DNA from: Epithemia pelagica
Taxonomy: Eukaryota; Protista; Bacillariophyta
Reading direction: 5' to 3'
NCBI GenBank assembly: GCA_946965045.2
Contig: OX337242.1
Coordinates: 2,816,467 to 2,880,466 of the forward strand
Length of the DNA stretch: 64,000 nucleotides
Below are positions 1 to 13,266 of the stretch, one piece after another (within the stretch, counting starts at the first letter, position 1; every line of letters begins with the position of its first letter). Both the position numbers and the translations under genes were made by a program. A model generated the notes under the pieces. The model ran no database searches. It was not told where the DNA came from and saw only the letters and a program-made list of their open reading frames with translations.

Positions 1-50
1 GAAAGCGAAAGGAAAGAGAACAGTCGATTGCTTCAAAATCACCCACATCG

Positions 51-3000
51 ATGGCGACACCTCTCAGCGAGAAAGATAGCGAAGATAAGGTGGCTATAGC
101 CAATTCTTCTTCAACGATCTGCGATGCGGGAGTTTTGGAGAAAAAGCAAGGAGTGCTCAAGGCATGTGCAGGAGAACACAAAATTGGAATAGTTTGTCGC
201 TCTACCCCGTTCTGGTTTTGGGCTGTGACGACCTTGGGACAGGTAATATGGATTGACAGGATAGAGGAATCCGACGCCACGATCTGCGAGACGGCCTCGG
301 AACAATGGTCCTCATTGCTTGTAACGAAGAAGCCTCAAATAATTGGGTCCAAGCGGAGCTCCAATGGAAAGATGAAGCCGGTTTGGCAAAACAAAACGAC
401 ACATCGTCAAGAAGATGAGAAGCACTGGAACAAGGCTGATATTGTGTTCTTCGACGATGTCTCTCCCGGACCACACCATCCTGTTTGGTTAGTTCAAGAT
501 GGACCAAAGTTCGTCATCTGGTGGAAAAGCAGAGCGTCTGCTGGACCTCCTTCTTCACTTGACTATTGGAAGACGGCCAAGTTGAGACTGGACCACGGCA
601 TCTTGGGAGGCGTCACCACCAATGTAGATTGGATGTTCATATCGACGAGGATGTGCCCGAAAGAAAGCACGAGTCGATCGTTTGAAGAATGGTGGGAAGG
701 ATCCATCGAGCCAGGACTGTCGTCAACAACAGTCCGGGGCATTGTTGATCCCATGCTGCATGGACGTCCAAAGTCAAAAATTGTTGGATCCGCCGAATTG
801 TTGGATCGAAAACTAAATTGGAAGGTGGATCGATGGCAGGAACATATACTGCCTAGCGTCTTTTCTCCCACGGGCTTTGTATCACGCAAGTTGGGGATAC
901 GGGAGTTAGCTTTGGGTCTTGACTTCCCCGCAGTGTTGAGTAAACGAGCAACCGACTCCGAACTGGAACGCTGGATTGCTAAGATCGGTCCGCCATTCAA
1001 AACACGGATTCAGGTGGCACATTTGTTGCGAAGATTTTCTGAAGGTGTTACTTCAAAAGTGCTTTCTCCCGAAAGCAACTCAGAGTCGGACTCGAAAAGA
1101 TCGACGACGGACCACTATGGAATGAAGGAGGACGACGGCGAAGTGGTTTCTCCTGACGACATAGATCCATCGTTGATTGTTGTTTCCAATCTGGAAGAAA
1201 GGGAAGAGGACCGAAATCTAAAGGCAACCAAGTCGGACGACGCCTCAATTCCGTATCACCTGTGGAACGATCGCATACTGAGCCACTATTCTTTTGAGAC
1301 GGCTCCAGAAGTGAAAGAAGCGATCGATGCGTTGGACATAATTCGCAGAGGAGCACTCCGTTACTGGAAGCGAGTAGTCGCACAAGACTTTTGGACTTGG
1401 TGGCGGTTGCACTGCAAAAAGATGGACGACAGGGAAAGAAAGGCATCGATTGAATCAGGGTTGAGTGCTCTGCGACATTCTGCACTCGCTTCATGGTGGG
1501 ACTGGGATCAGGGATCGTCACCCTTTTTCTGGAGAATGCCGGACCTTACCTGGATGACTGAAATGCGAGACGGAGTGAAGCCAATGTACAGGACCTCCGC
1601 CTAGATACCGAATTCCCCAGCGACCAAACCCAGACCCCATCAGTCTGAATTTAGAAAAGAAGAAGATTGGGAAAGTGAGGCAGAGAGGATACATCGCACC
1701 ACGTCCAGGTATTCTGTCGCTCACAAGCTTCTTCTCAGTCCCTAAGGGGACGGATGATATACAAATGGTGTACGACGGCACCAAAAGTGGCTTGAACCAC
1801 GCGTTGCACGCTCCTTGGTTCGGACTAGCAACGGTCGACACCATGTTAAGGACGGTAGAAGCGTGTACCTGGTCAGCCGACAACGATTTCGGGGAGATGT
1901 TCCTAAATTTTTGGATACACCCCGAAATCCGCAAGTACACTGGCGTCGACCTTACCACCCTGTTTCCAGAAGAGATGGAAGACGAGAGCGGTACCAAAGG
2001 AAAGCGAAAGTGGGAAACTTGGGTGCGATGTGCCATGGGGGTAACCGTTTCCCCATATCAAACAACCCAATGTTCACAAAGAGTCAAGCGAATTGTTTTT
2101 GGGTGTCGAACAGACCCGGACAACATTTTCCGATGGACCGAAGTTCGGCTGAATCTTCCTGGGAACAACGATTATGACCCATCCAAGCCATGGATTTGCA
2201 AACTCAGAGAGGATGGACGAATTGCAATTAATGTCCACACGTATGTGGACGACCTCAGAGAAACCGCACCAACTCAAGAAGAGGCCTGGTTGGCCGCAAG
2301 CACCATGGCCAAAGGATCCGCACATTTCGGCCTCCAAGACGCGGCTAGGAAACGAAGACCGCCAAGTCGGTCACCAGGAGCGTGGGCAGGTGCTGTCGTA
2401 GAAACCACAGACGATGCGATATACAAGACAGTCTCCCAAGAGCGATGTGATAAGACACGCAACCACATAGCGTCGTTGAGAGAATGGTCGAAATCCGAAA
2501 AGGAGATCGACCGAAAAGAGTTAGAGAAGATAAGAGGGTTCCTGGTCTACGTGTCCTTGACTTACCAAAGTCTCGTACCGTACTTGAAGGGAGTTCATCT
2601 TACCCTTGAATCGTGGAGACCCGACAGAGATGAGGAAGGCTGGAGGTTGAAATCGAAGGAACGGAACGAGCTTTTGAATGACGCTGAGGTTATAGGAAGA
2701 TCGTCCAAGGACCGGCGCCAAAGACTGTAAGGAAGGCTCGTTGTTTTGATGACGACGTCAGGGCAATGTCCGATTTAACAGCCTCTGAACAACCTCCAAA
2801 GCTCTTGGCCAGACCAAAGAAGGGAGCAAGCGTAGTAATTATATTCGGGGATGCCTCGGGCGAAGGATTCGGCTCATCCCTTTGGGTGTACGGCTCGGAT
2901 GATGTTGAAACTGAACATGGGTTATGGACCCGGGAATATGGCGCTCGGTCGTCAAATTTCAGAGAACTTTATAACCTGATTCTGCGGCTAGAGTCCTTGG

Positions 3001-3776
3001 TTGCATGTGGCAGTTTGAAACAAGGGACGGAAGTATTTATGTTCACGGACAACTCGACAGCCGAGGCCGCGTTCTATCGAGGAACCTCCTCAACAAGACT
3101 GCTGTTTGAACTGGTTCTAAGAGCAAGAAAGTTAGAGATGAACGGTAACATTTTCATGCGAGTGGTCTGGGTGGCGGGTACTCGGATGATATCTCAAGGC
3201 ACAGATGGACTGTCCAGAGGTGACTTAATGACAGGAGTCATGTCGGGAAATTCAATGCTGTTTTACGTACCTTTGAACAAGTCGTGTGAAGAGAGACAGC
3301 CTGGTGTGGTCGATTGGCTTATCAGAACGTCAGGAACGGGGTTTTGGAATCTTCTGGACCCACAAGATTGGTATGACAAGGGTTTCGAGCGCGGAAGATT
3401 CGTCTGGGCGCCACCGCCCGCAATAGCCGACGTCGCAGTAGACTTACTTTGCGATTCGAACCACATACGCCCCGACAATGCCCACATTTTCGTTTGTCCA
3501 GCGCTCATGAGCAATCGCTGGCGCAAGAAACTGGGAAAGGTTGCAGACTTTGTCTTCACCATTCCGGTTGATTGTGACATCTGGAGCAAAGAGCAACATG
3601 AACCTCTAATAGCTGCGTTTGTTTGCCCTCATTTATCTTCCAGGCCATGGCAAGTCTCCAAAGCAAACAGAGTATTGGATGAGACAAGAACTGCCCTGTC
3701 TGAAATGTGGGCATCCGGTCCACCCACTGATGGGCGTTGTTTGCGCAAATTATGGACGTACCAGGGGTACGAGTAA
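51..3776 (+). pseudogene. pol polyprotein (N-terminal region + reverse transcriptase + RNase H) broken by two frameshifts
   Basis: The RT frame is open upstream of 1675 (..TGPPPRYRIPQRPNPD..KIGKVRQRGYI) and switches from the ORF1 frame near 1586. The RNase H frame is open from about 2697 (..GPAPKTVRKARCFDDDVRAMSDL), so a second shift lies near 2700. Confidence 0.8.
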
Positions 3777-5187
3777 ATTGTGCACAAGCGTTTGGCATGC
3801 CGGTTGTTATCGCCAAGATGACCGAGACAGATTTCCCATATTGGAGGCCGGCGATTTGGACGATGCATTGTTGGATACAGAGGGACATGGCGAATTGGAA
3901 GATGACGAAAATCGCTTCAGAGAAGCGAGAGATGGAGACCATCTCATGTGCCCCTTTCAGTGCGACTCATGCACTTTTTATAACTTAAAGGGACGATATG
4001 CCAGAGAAGACTCGGAGCAAGACATGTTGTTAGCGGTGTGCATCCGTCGAGCAATTTTAGATTCCTTTTGGTCGAGAGAAAGATCAACCGTAGAGAAGAA
4101 CACAAGAGAAATGAAGAATTTGCGAAACTTGGGCGAGTCAATTGGGCTTGATGAGCCATTGCCCGAGCGTGGCCCATTCCCAATCGGCGACACCCAGGGG
4201 GTTGGGATCGCCAGCTTGATGCTCATGAAAACCTTGAGTGTTGGAAGAAACGCAAAACACATACAATACGAGACGGCAAGAAAAGTAAGGTCAGTGGTGT
4301 CCAACTTTGCTCACACGTTGCCAGGATACACTGGATTGTCGACCATGGGAGGAAGCGACCGATCATCGATGATGTTCACTGCCAGTCCCACGAACTCCCT
4401 GTGGTTCAAAAGATTTATGGCTGGGTGTCACCGGAGAATGGGTGACGTCTGGATTCCAGACCGAGCAGTTACGTTAGACGAAGTTCACTGTGGATTGGAT
4501 ATCTTGGAGGGGGAATGGAAGAAATCACCACAAGGACAATGACGACTGGAGCTAGCTCTTACCGGTGCATTGGTGGTAATTGGATTCTGTGCGGCATTAA
4601 GAGGCGAAGAAATACCGCAGGTTGATGTTGGATTGCTGCGAAAATACTGGATGGAGGGCATTAATTACACACCTGCTCCGCACATCCCTCTGGCACTCGC
4701 TGGCCGTTTCAAGCAGACGGACGGCACCTTTTGCCTTTACATCCAACCGCTGGCCATCAAGACAGGATCTGGAATAGAAATACGGGTATGGATCGGACGT
4801 GCTATCAAAGAGTTGGAACTGAGGAAAGTAACCTCAGGACCCATGTTTCGCCGAACAGACAAGACAGGAAAAACCAGACGAGCGCTAGTGGGAGACCTGG
4901 ATCACCTGTTCCATAGTCTATGGAAGCGCATTCAACATCGAAGACCAGACTTGATGGCGGACAATATCAAAGTCGATGAGGTGTACAGCGCGAGGCGATC
5001 TTTCAGACGAGGAGCCACCACAACTGCACAAAACCGAAAGATCAAGACCGAGGTAATTGAAATGAACAATAGATGGCGGAAACACATTCGGAGCCGAGGA
5101 GTCTTGCCCGGAATGACAATGCTGGAGAGATACTCCGACGCGAAGACTGCAGTGGAAGCCTTGATTCAATTCTCAGCCGGAATGTAA
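3730..5187 (+). pseudogene. Tyrosine recombinase of the retroelement, one in-frame TGA at 4540-4542
   Basis: ORFs 3619-4542 and 4570-5187 share a frame (QGQ*RLELALTGALVVIGFCAALRGEE). A Cys/His-rich N-terminus overlaps the end of RNase H. Confidence 0.85.
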
Positions 5188-5757
5188 GAATGGAGAAACA
5201 AGAGAGGAGTAAGAGCAAGGACAACAAGAAGCAGCGAAGCAGAGAAGACGAAGACAAGAAAGAGAAATTACTTGCATGACCGAAATGGGGGAATTGGCTC
5301 GGCTCAACTCTTCGGAGTTGGCCTAGCTCGCTTGTCGTTGCCAGCTTGCCTGATGATAATCATGTATGAAATCCTCCAAACGTTGACCAGGGCTTGGCAG
5401 CTCATGGAATATACGGCAGAGAACTTGTGAAGATATTTCGAGGTGTCTCTGGCTCCGTACTGGGGTTTGGATTGGGATGGATTCTTGATTGGATTCACAC
5501 TCGCGCGTAACGGACAGACCATGCCAGGATCCGAGTCCTGACATGACTGGAGCGAATCACGATTCTCGCCTACCTTGGGAAAGGAGGGTGGAGGGCATAG
5601 CCCCCCCCCCCCATAGTATTGGTATGCATAGTAATAAATGTGTTATATCTATTTGGATGTGAGTTTGCACACGAGATCGTTGAGGAAGCACGACCGTTGG
5701 ATGAGAAGCGAGGAACTAGTACCGGATAGCGGCTTGGCGGAGCCAACAAGGGGAACC

Positions 5758-8700
5758 ACACATCGCCCGCCTCGCCAGTAAAATCACCAAACCGTCGCCC
5801 CGCTCGCAGCCATGCGAACCACCATCTAGCCATCACACATCTCACCACCCTGCTCTACAAAAAAGGTCCGCATCGAACACAGCGGTAGCAGATGTCCACA
5901 ACAAACAACACACCATCGCCACCCAACAGCAACACCACACGTCTATCCAGCACGACAAAAAGCGCACGGACCTTTGTCCCAGCGCCACCTCGCCTTTTAT
6001 TGGGCACCAACAACCATCCAAACGAGTAGTATTGTAGTCACCTTTTGTGTAGTACCGAAATGCCGGATTGGATTCACCAATGCCTCCTCTTGACACTCCA
6101 AGTGTTGCACCAGTACCCCGAGTTGAAAGAGGCTTGGTCCACCTTTTGACAATACTTGGAGTCCCACAATGGATTTTTTTGGCAAACCGGCCACACGGCG
6201 GGAATGTGTTGTGGGCGAGTCAAGACCCAGAGATGAGAGTGCGCGGAACGTGCACCACGGATTTGACTCTGTGTGTTTGGAGGCCCGGGATCGGACAAGA
6301 AACCACGACGGATCCCCATAACAATTACAACAACCAGACCGCATTTGTTCTTGTCACACTGGACGAAAGAAGAATGACATACTCTCAACGACAACTTTCA
6401 TCGCAACAAACTAGAAATCGTACCTTGGTTTTTGATTCGCAACAGGAGGCGTAGTGTAACAAAGAACAACAACAACAAAGAAGAGCACTACCTAGTACGA
6501 TGTTATGCTTCTGTCTTTCTTGGAACGAGAATCCTCCTCCAGTATTGACCAACTAGTAGATCAGGATTCACGCCAACAACAAAAGACCAGACAAATCTCT
6601 TTGTTTTGTGGCACCGCATTGCAGTCGGGTCGCCAATTATGTGGTCGCAATGGCATGAAGAAAACAATACAATTACTGTTTGAGAGTAAAATGATAAATG
6701 CTAGAGTTCCGCTAATGTTAGGACATACATGCAAAAATACGTTGCAAATTTCAAGTTCCATCCTTCCCGTCATCACCACGGTGCGTCTTGGACCTTGCGC
6801 GTTTACGAGCTGTTGTCGAGGAAGTGAAGGGGGGAAAATGAGCATCTCCGATGCCCATTCCTTCCCGAAAATGATGCCATCCGTTAAGTTGCTGCTCACA
6901 GAGTCGACGAAAACACCACGTATGCTTGTCCAGTAGTGGTAATGTCGCACAGGTAGGGTTCTGAGATCCACCAATCACGGCAACATGGTTGGCAACAGTC
7001 ACCATACTGCAACCACTGCGAGAATTCGCGAATGGTGGGAGATTCCACACGTGGTTGCGGTGCGTATCCAAGACTTGCACGGTTGAATCGGCTCGTCCTC
7101 CCGCCACCACCAGACAAGATCCCACGGCAACCACAGCACAAGACCTTCGTGCATTGGAAAGCACCAAATCAGAATGAGTGGTCCAGGTGGGTGAGAAAAA
7201 AATGAACGTCGAGCCAGTTTCCTTTTCAGTCTCATCACTGTCAAAGGGTGTTGTGCCGTCCAAATACTCCACCAAGTCAAGATTGCCATGCTCATTACGG
7301 CCTCCAACGACAAAGATGCGGTGACCAATAACCGCACTGGCACATAATTGTCGAGGAACAGCCATGGATGGTCCAGCAGTGACAATGTGATTGTTGGTAT
7401 CAATAATATCCACTGACGACAAAAATTGATCGTTGTAATAGCCACCCATTACAACGATGTATCGGTTGTGAACCGCGACAGCACAACATCCTGATCGTCC
7501 CATTGATAAGCGACATGTCAATGTTGTCCAATGACTATCCTGAGTGGTGGTGGTTGTTAAGGATGATCGAAGCAAATCATTGCCATCAATTCGCTCAATA
7601 CAATCCAAAGGTCCTCGCCTGTATCCTCCCATCACGTACACGCTGCCATTGCAAGCAACAGCGGCATGATCGTCACGTTTCTTGCTCATGGGTGGTCCTT
7701 CTCGCCATTGCTTGTCTGGGTCTGATAGATTCAATACAAGAACTGAATCCGTGGTACCTTGGCCTTGTTGCCATCCTCCCAACACGACGACCGTCTGCCC
7801 CCTGTTATTGTTGCTATCGTTTTCCGTATCGGGATGGTCCAGTACGACCGAAGCATGATCCAAACGCCATCCACCCTGGAGAGGAGGCCAGTCCTCGAAG
7901 TTCCATTGTGCTGTCTCTTCCAAAAGAACAAGGCCCGACTGCCATGCCCGTTCTTTCAGTGTTCTTGTCATGGTCACGGCGCTGACAAGAAATTGCGGCA
8001 CGAGAAGTATTTGTGAGCAACGCGTGGAAGCTTTGCCGCGTGTGGAAAAGGTGTGCCTGTCCTGCGTACGATGGTGAAGGGCATTCAATCGCACATAGAA
8101 TTCATGACACGCCCCCAAAAGTATCTTCTGTGCTGCGCAAGATACGACGACATAACAAGAGGTCCTTTTGTACGATGAAGAGGTCCACAGATCGACAATC
8201 CCTAATTTCCAAGTCATCTCGTCCACGCCATTGATGGAACACCATAATTCCCTTGGTCCTATACAGTCTGTTCACAACGACGACAACAACAACAACAACA
8301 GAGAGAGTGGTCTTCGTTTGATGCAATGAACCGAAAAAGTGATCTTCTTGATGCGAGTGGGCATCATATAGTGAAGGAAGCAAGGCCACAAGTACAACTA
8401 CACAAAAACTAGAATCCGACGACATGATGGACCAGAAGGAGCATGATGTCATTCATCCCATTGTGACTCGCTTCCCGTGCTGCATTAGCAGCAGACGCCT
8501 GCATTCGTCTTCTTTGGATCGCTTTCGAAAATGTCACATGGATGTGGTTGGATCGCAAGGGCTGGTCCCCTATGCCATTATTGATACCAACTCCATCAAT
8601 CATCTTTATGGGAGAGCCAAAACCGTCTCGTGCCGTCTTCGCCAGTTGTCAGCAATGCTCGCGCATGTGGTCCAATGATTGTGGCAGACGCATATCGCAC

Positions 8701-9340
8701 TGGCTCAATGGCCTCCGTTCGCCAAGGTGGGTCTCAGGACCGGTGGCTGCTACATTTTGCCAATGGGTGATGTTGTCGTCTTGATTGGAAACCGCAAGAG
8801 CTCAAGGAACCAAAAGTGGACCGGGGGAGTCGTCGCTTGGATCCACCTGGCGTCGAGAACGTACAAGAGTTTTGTGTGTCCGGTTCCGGCAAAACGACCT
8901 ACAGCCAAAATAGAGCCAACCTAGATGAGGATATCACGACAAACAAGAGAAGCCAGTCTCGCGAATGAACAATTAATCAACATTCCTGTCCTGCTCGTGA
9001 CAAGGCTTTGTTGGATGAGTTCGTGTTGCTTGTTGTCGCTTTCTGATTCTGCTGCTTAGTTCGAGGTACAAAGATTGTCGTGGCGGAGTGGTGATGGAAC
9101 CAAGGTCACAAGCACAACTACATAGAGACGAGAATCCGACGACATGATGGACCAGAAGGAACATGATGTCATTCATCTCATACTGACTCGCTTCCTTGTT
9201 GCATTATAGCAGCAGACGCCTGCATTTGAGGAGACAAAGCAGCAAGAGGACGAACAAGAGTAAATGTTAGGAGCGATCACGAAGAGAGGAACGTTCATCG
9301 GCAAGATGGAATGACCGAAATCAAAGGAGAAGACGGCGAC
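5758..9340. repeat. Direct segmental duplication, copy 1 (kelch-gene unit, about 3.5 kb)
   Basis: Near-identical to 16918-20300. The shared sequence runs from CACACATCGCCCGCCTCGCC to AAATCAAAGGAGAAGACGG. Confidence 0.9.
6751..7971 (-). CDS. Kelch-repeat (beta-propeller) protein, 406 aa from MTRTLKER
   Basis: Repeated GG...W kelch motifs (VVVLGGW, VYVMGGY, IVVMGGY, IFVVGGR, LVVAGGR, VAVIGGS). ATG at 7971. Confidence 0.85.
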   Translation of the reverse strand: MTRTLKERAWQSGLVLLEETAQWNFEDWPPLQGGWRLDHASVVLDHPDTENDSNNNRGQTVVVLGGWQQGQGTTDSVLVLNLSDPDKQWREGPPMSKKRDDHAAVACNGSVYVMGGYRRGPLDCIERIDGNDLLRSSLTTTTTQDSHWTTLTCRLSMGRSGCCAVAVHNRYIVVMGGYYNDQFLSSVDIIDTNNHIVTAGPSMAVPRQLCASAVIGHRIFVVGGRNEHGNLDLVEYLDGTTPFDSDETEKETGSTFIFFSPTWTTHSDLVLSNARRSCAVVAVGSCLVVAGGRADSTVQVLDTHRNHVWNLPPFANSRSGCSMVTVANHVAVIGGSQNPTCATLPLLDKHTWCFRRLCEQQLNGWHHFREGMGIGDAHFPPFTSSTTARKRARSKTHRGDDGKDGT

Positions 9341-9754
9341 AACCATGGTCAAGGTTCGATGGAACCACGGAGTCGACTCGTTGCCCGTGGAGGAGGAGAA
9401 ACTGCTGTTGGTCGACGGCTGGATGATGGTTCCTCGTTGTTCTTGTTGTTGGTTCTTGGTGGCCGGAACGTTGTGATTTGATTGGACCAAAGCTTGTGGC
9501 GGTGGTTGTGGTTCCTGGTTTGGTTGTGGTTCTCCTCCTCGTGTTGGTGGGAAATATTTCCACAGGTCCATTAGGAGGAACACTGCCACCACCGACACCA
9601 CCACCAATGCGTTTCGTACGGCTGGTAGAGTCACTCGTCGCTGCCCTTGTTGTTGTGGTGTGGTACTGCTAGGAGTCGTTTGACTTGGATTCCTAGTTTG
9701 TGACCAGCGATGCCGCATGTGAGCGGACGCGGAGAAGGATGGGAAGGACGACAT
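9341..9754 (-). pseudogene. N-terminal fragment (TM + stem) of a paralog of the gene at 24536, truncated at the duplicated unit
   Basis: MSSFPSF...RGGEPQPNQEPQPPPQALVQSN...PWFHRTLTMVVAV matches 24536-24950. Homology stops exactly where the duplication ends. Confidence 0.75.
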
Positions 9755-11551
9755 GGTCCTGTGGAACAGAGAATCACACAGTGATGAGAGGAGAGGATGA
9801 TGCCCGTCGTTTCTGTCGTCTCGTCTAGAGCTGAGTGGGTACATGAGGCCAATCCTTTACCACTTGCAAACAGGGTGTGGAAGTTGGAAAATCAGCCATT
9901 AGACTTAACTTCCCAACTAATAATTCATTAGACAGTTTACTGTGATGCGACTTGTACCCACTAGTTAGTTCAACATGTATGATTAAATTAACTTAAACTA
10001 ATCAAATCACAAAACCACGATACAGAATGAACTTGCAACTAATAGTCTAACACGACTTAGGTACTAACTTGACTAGATTAAATATGGTTCCAATGAAGAA
10101 CCTGCCACTTAACTTAGACTAACTTTGAAAGTCGTAGTTTCTTTTCTGAGTCTGCAACTAGACTAAGCAAGTCCAAGTTGCAACTTTGCCCCTTGTAATT
10201 AAACTTCATCCCTCTGTCACCTCCATAGTTACAACTATTAGTTGCAACTTCTTTGTTGTCGTAGTCACAAACAACAACTTTTATTCAGAGGAACCATTCA
10301 CTCTTATCTGTTTCTACGTATTTATTCACACTCTTCCTGCACATATTTACCAATATCACTCCCAGAGGAGTAGAACGTTCACGACTCACGACAGAGGTTC
10401 AACCAACACTCACAACTCACAACTCTCAACCTCTCAACATTCACCAATCCACTGTCACCTGTCACCTTTACCTCTGTTCCTTTCCATCAACGACACAACC
10501 TTCAGTTTTCCCGCCCTTCTCATTTCTCTGCCACTATTATTTCCCCATCCCCAACCCCATGCATCTAATATTCAAGTACAATGGAAGCATCAGATGACCG
10601 TACAATCAACCTTGATGTGACTTGTCACCAAGTCATCACTGTGACCCATATTCCAATGTCGTTCATGACCATGATGCTAGAGGACTCAACTTTGTTAACC
10701 ACTCCCTTGGAAAAGGCGACACAAGACTTGGCAATGGAGAACATAAAAGATGTGGTGTTGCTGTGGCTTACCCGGTACAATGGAAGTCTGCACTACCAAC
10801 AAGTCGACTATCCATCCAACACAAGCCACCCTTGTTTATCTCCAAGTCGCATGTCATTCGAAAGCTTACTGAACACTGTCTGTCGAATAGTGTTTACGGG
10901 TCTGTATTCCCAAGAAGATGACTCATTCCAAGTCACATACGAGATGAACCCCCCCCCACCGACGACCTCCCCTTCATCTCCATTGAAGGAAAATGCCGAC
11001 CAATATTTTCTTTGCCTTGCTCCAATGGTCTCAGAGCTTTTCAAAAATTCAATGCCGATTACCATCAGCAAAACAACTACACTAAACTTTCCGTGGAATG
11101 GAATCTTCTAACCTGGATGACCCGACACAATGCCAGAATCCAGGTTAGAAATTCCTTTGACCTACGGACGGAGTGTCCTATTTGTATTAGTCCAAGCATC
11201 GACATCGTTGTTGAGGACATTGTTGCGCATACTAAGAAGAGCACGAAGGAGGATGACCCTTACTCAATGAAACTGGATACAACGACGTCCCCTCCTCCTA
11301 TTGATACAAGTCCTCCATCAACTCCAGTTGCCAAAGCTTCTCAATCTACCATGGGCCCAAATAGCAACAACGCTTCTACTTCTGTCACCCATGAATATTG
11401 GGCTTCTTCTCCCGTCATTGATGAATATTGGACCAAGCGACAATTTTCCCCCACTGCCCATGTCTTGACTCGGCAAAGAAAAACTGTTCTCTGCCATGCT
11501 TTATTGCAATCATGTGCCGCCAAGGAATAGATAGTCTATGGCGACAGACAC

Positions 11552-12424
11552 ATGCCTGGGACACCTGCAATTACCAAACCTGTCATGACCAGAATGTTTC
11601 GCCCTTCCATCCCCATTAGAAACCAATCCACAATTGATTCCCGGCTGTTTTTACTTGATAATCTTTCCCATTTACGTCGGTATTTCCTTCAGTCTGGTTT
11701 GGAAGCCCCCAGAGACACATGGTCCGAATGGATTACCAACAATATGTCGGAATATGAAGACTCTGACCCAACCTTCATGTGTCTCATTGTTATCTTGATG
11801 AGCTCGGCCACATCAGATCAAAGTCTCTCACAAGTGATCCCTCGCTTATTCCAATCGGGCATCACTAGTGCACAAGGAACAATTGAAGTGTCTACATATT
11901 TTGGGATGGATGTTTTCTGTAGTTTGTTTGCAGAAACAGGACAGTATCGTGTCAATGCGGAACGCATAGTCAACGCCGCGGACTATTTTGTCCAGCGACA
12001 CAAAGGTCGCATTCCTAAAGACATTTCCCTTACTGAGCTTATGACCTTACCTGGAATTGGCCACAAGACGGGAACAATCATTCTACAAACGGCATTTGGC
12101 CGGACGGAAGGAATTCCCTCAGATATTCATGTTATCCGATCAACTAAGGTTCTCAATTGGACGGAATCTCATATCAATGACGGCATGGAATGCTCTTTGA
12201 ACCTTCAATCATGGCTTCCTAAAGAACGATGGGAGGAGATCAATCCTTTATTTGGTTCTCTAGGACAACTACTTAACAAATCACAGACCAGAAGCAAGTG
12301 CCAAGAACAAATGGAGTCTTTTATTGTGGCTCACTCTCATGACCAATCCAAATCTAAATCTCCAGCGAATCTTCGCCATCTCAAGTATTTCTTTCTGCAG
12401 TTGATAAAAGAATATACTAAATGA
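11552..12424 (+). CDS. HhH-GPD DNA glycosylase (endonuclease III/Nth-like), cargo of the hAT element; upstream ORFs 10581-11530 may be parts of the same gene
   Basis: LMSSATSD, HhH motif LMTLPGIGHKTG (Lys), GIPSDIHV (Asp), and LPKERWEEINPLFGSLGQ. No 4Fe-4S cysteine cluster is visible. Confidence 0.8.
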   Translation: MPGTPAITKPVMTRMFRPSIPIRNQSTIDSRLFLLDNLSHLRRYFLQSGLEAPRDTWSEWITNNMSEYEDSDPTFMCLIVILMSSATSDQSLSQVIPRLFQSGITSAQGTIEVSTYFGMDVFCSLFAETGQYRVNAERIVNAADYFVQRHKGRIPKDISLTELMTLPGIGHKTGTIILQTAFGRTEGIPSDIHVIRSTKVLNWTESHINDGMECSLNLQSWLPKERWEEINPLFGSLGQLLNKSQTRSKCQEQMESFIVAHSHDQSKSKSPANLRHLKYFFLQLIKEYTK

Positions 12425-13266
12425 CTGTCAATATATTGTATTTACCAAAATGCACTGCGATTATGGATGTATAGTTTCCGTGACGTTTCTTCCATTGTCA
12501 CCTTCAGTGACGTTCGTGGTCGGAGATCAACTGGTACCGTCATTGTCCGCACTTGAGACTTCCTTCTCTGCAAGTCTTGAGCTTCTTCTCGTTGGCGAGT
12601 CGTTTGGGGTTGGGGGTGGTTTGCGATTGTCTTTCTTGCGTGGTGTTCTAACCACAGTTCTTGCGAGTGCCTCAGAGAGTGAATTCTGTTTCGTCCGTTT
12701 CCTTCCTTTTTGAATAGTTGAAGAGGCTTTACGTTTCCCACTATCTCCTTTCGTGCCTTCATTGGCTTTTGCAACGGGCAGACTAGCAACAGTCTTCTCC
12801 AACGCGGTTGGTTGAATGAGTTCATTCTTTCTTTCCTGGATGGCTTCTTTTAACGCCGTGTTGGAATCTTCCTTGTCTTCGTCATCGTCGTAAGGAGCAA
12901 CAACTTTTCGATCCAAAGCCTCTAGTTGGTCGTCATCTCGTGGATCGTCTACCAGATCAACCAATTCGACGTCGTCACATGTCGCATCGCTCACAACTGT
13001 CTTCTTATCAACCTTTTTGACCGACTTGAACTTGTAACTTGTTTCCGCCGTTATGCCGTGGGCACCAATAGTTCCGGACAGTTCGTAGAGTTCCAGCTTC
13101 GACGTTGCTCGTAGTACCGTTTCCATCCGAGTCATATCGGATTGTGTTGGTGTGGCTTTTTCCAGTGGGACAACAGGAACTTGTGTTCCTGCTGCCAGGG
13201 TGCGTTGTTGTGCGGTCTGTTGTACCTGACTGACTTCTTCCCCTTTAGATTCCTAGCTGAGATCTA

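Larger units (their letters stand above)
1..5670 (+). mobile_element. DIRS/Ngaro-like tyrosine-recombinase retrotransposon, decayed; 5' end lies outside the window, 3' end approximate
   Basis: Collinear RT (HTYVDDLRE), RNase H (IFGDASGEGFG...SSNFRELYNL...FTDNS) and an overlapping YR ORF (AALRGEE...RSFRRGATT...RW...Y). No terminal repeat pair was found inside the window. Confidence 0.85.

Noticed and set aside
1740-1747. CCCTAAGG inside the retroelement
   Set aside because: It encodes the RT motif VPKG with uninterrupted coding on both sides and no module leader follows; a chance heptamer match.
5700-9340. Helitron origin of the kelch unit
   Set aside because: A CTAG near 5726 and weak hairpins are not shared by copy 2, and no Rep/helicase is present.
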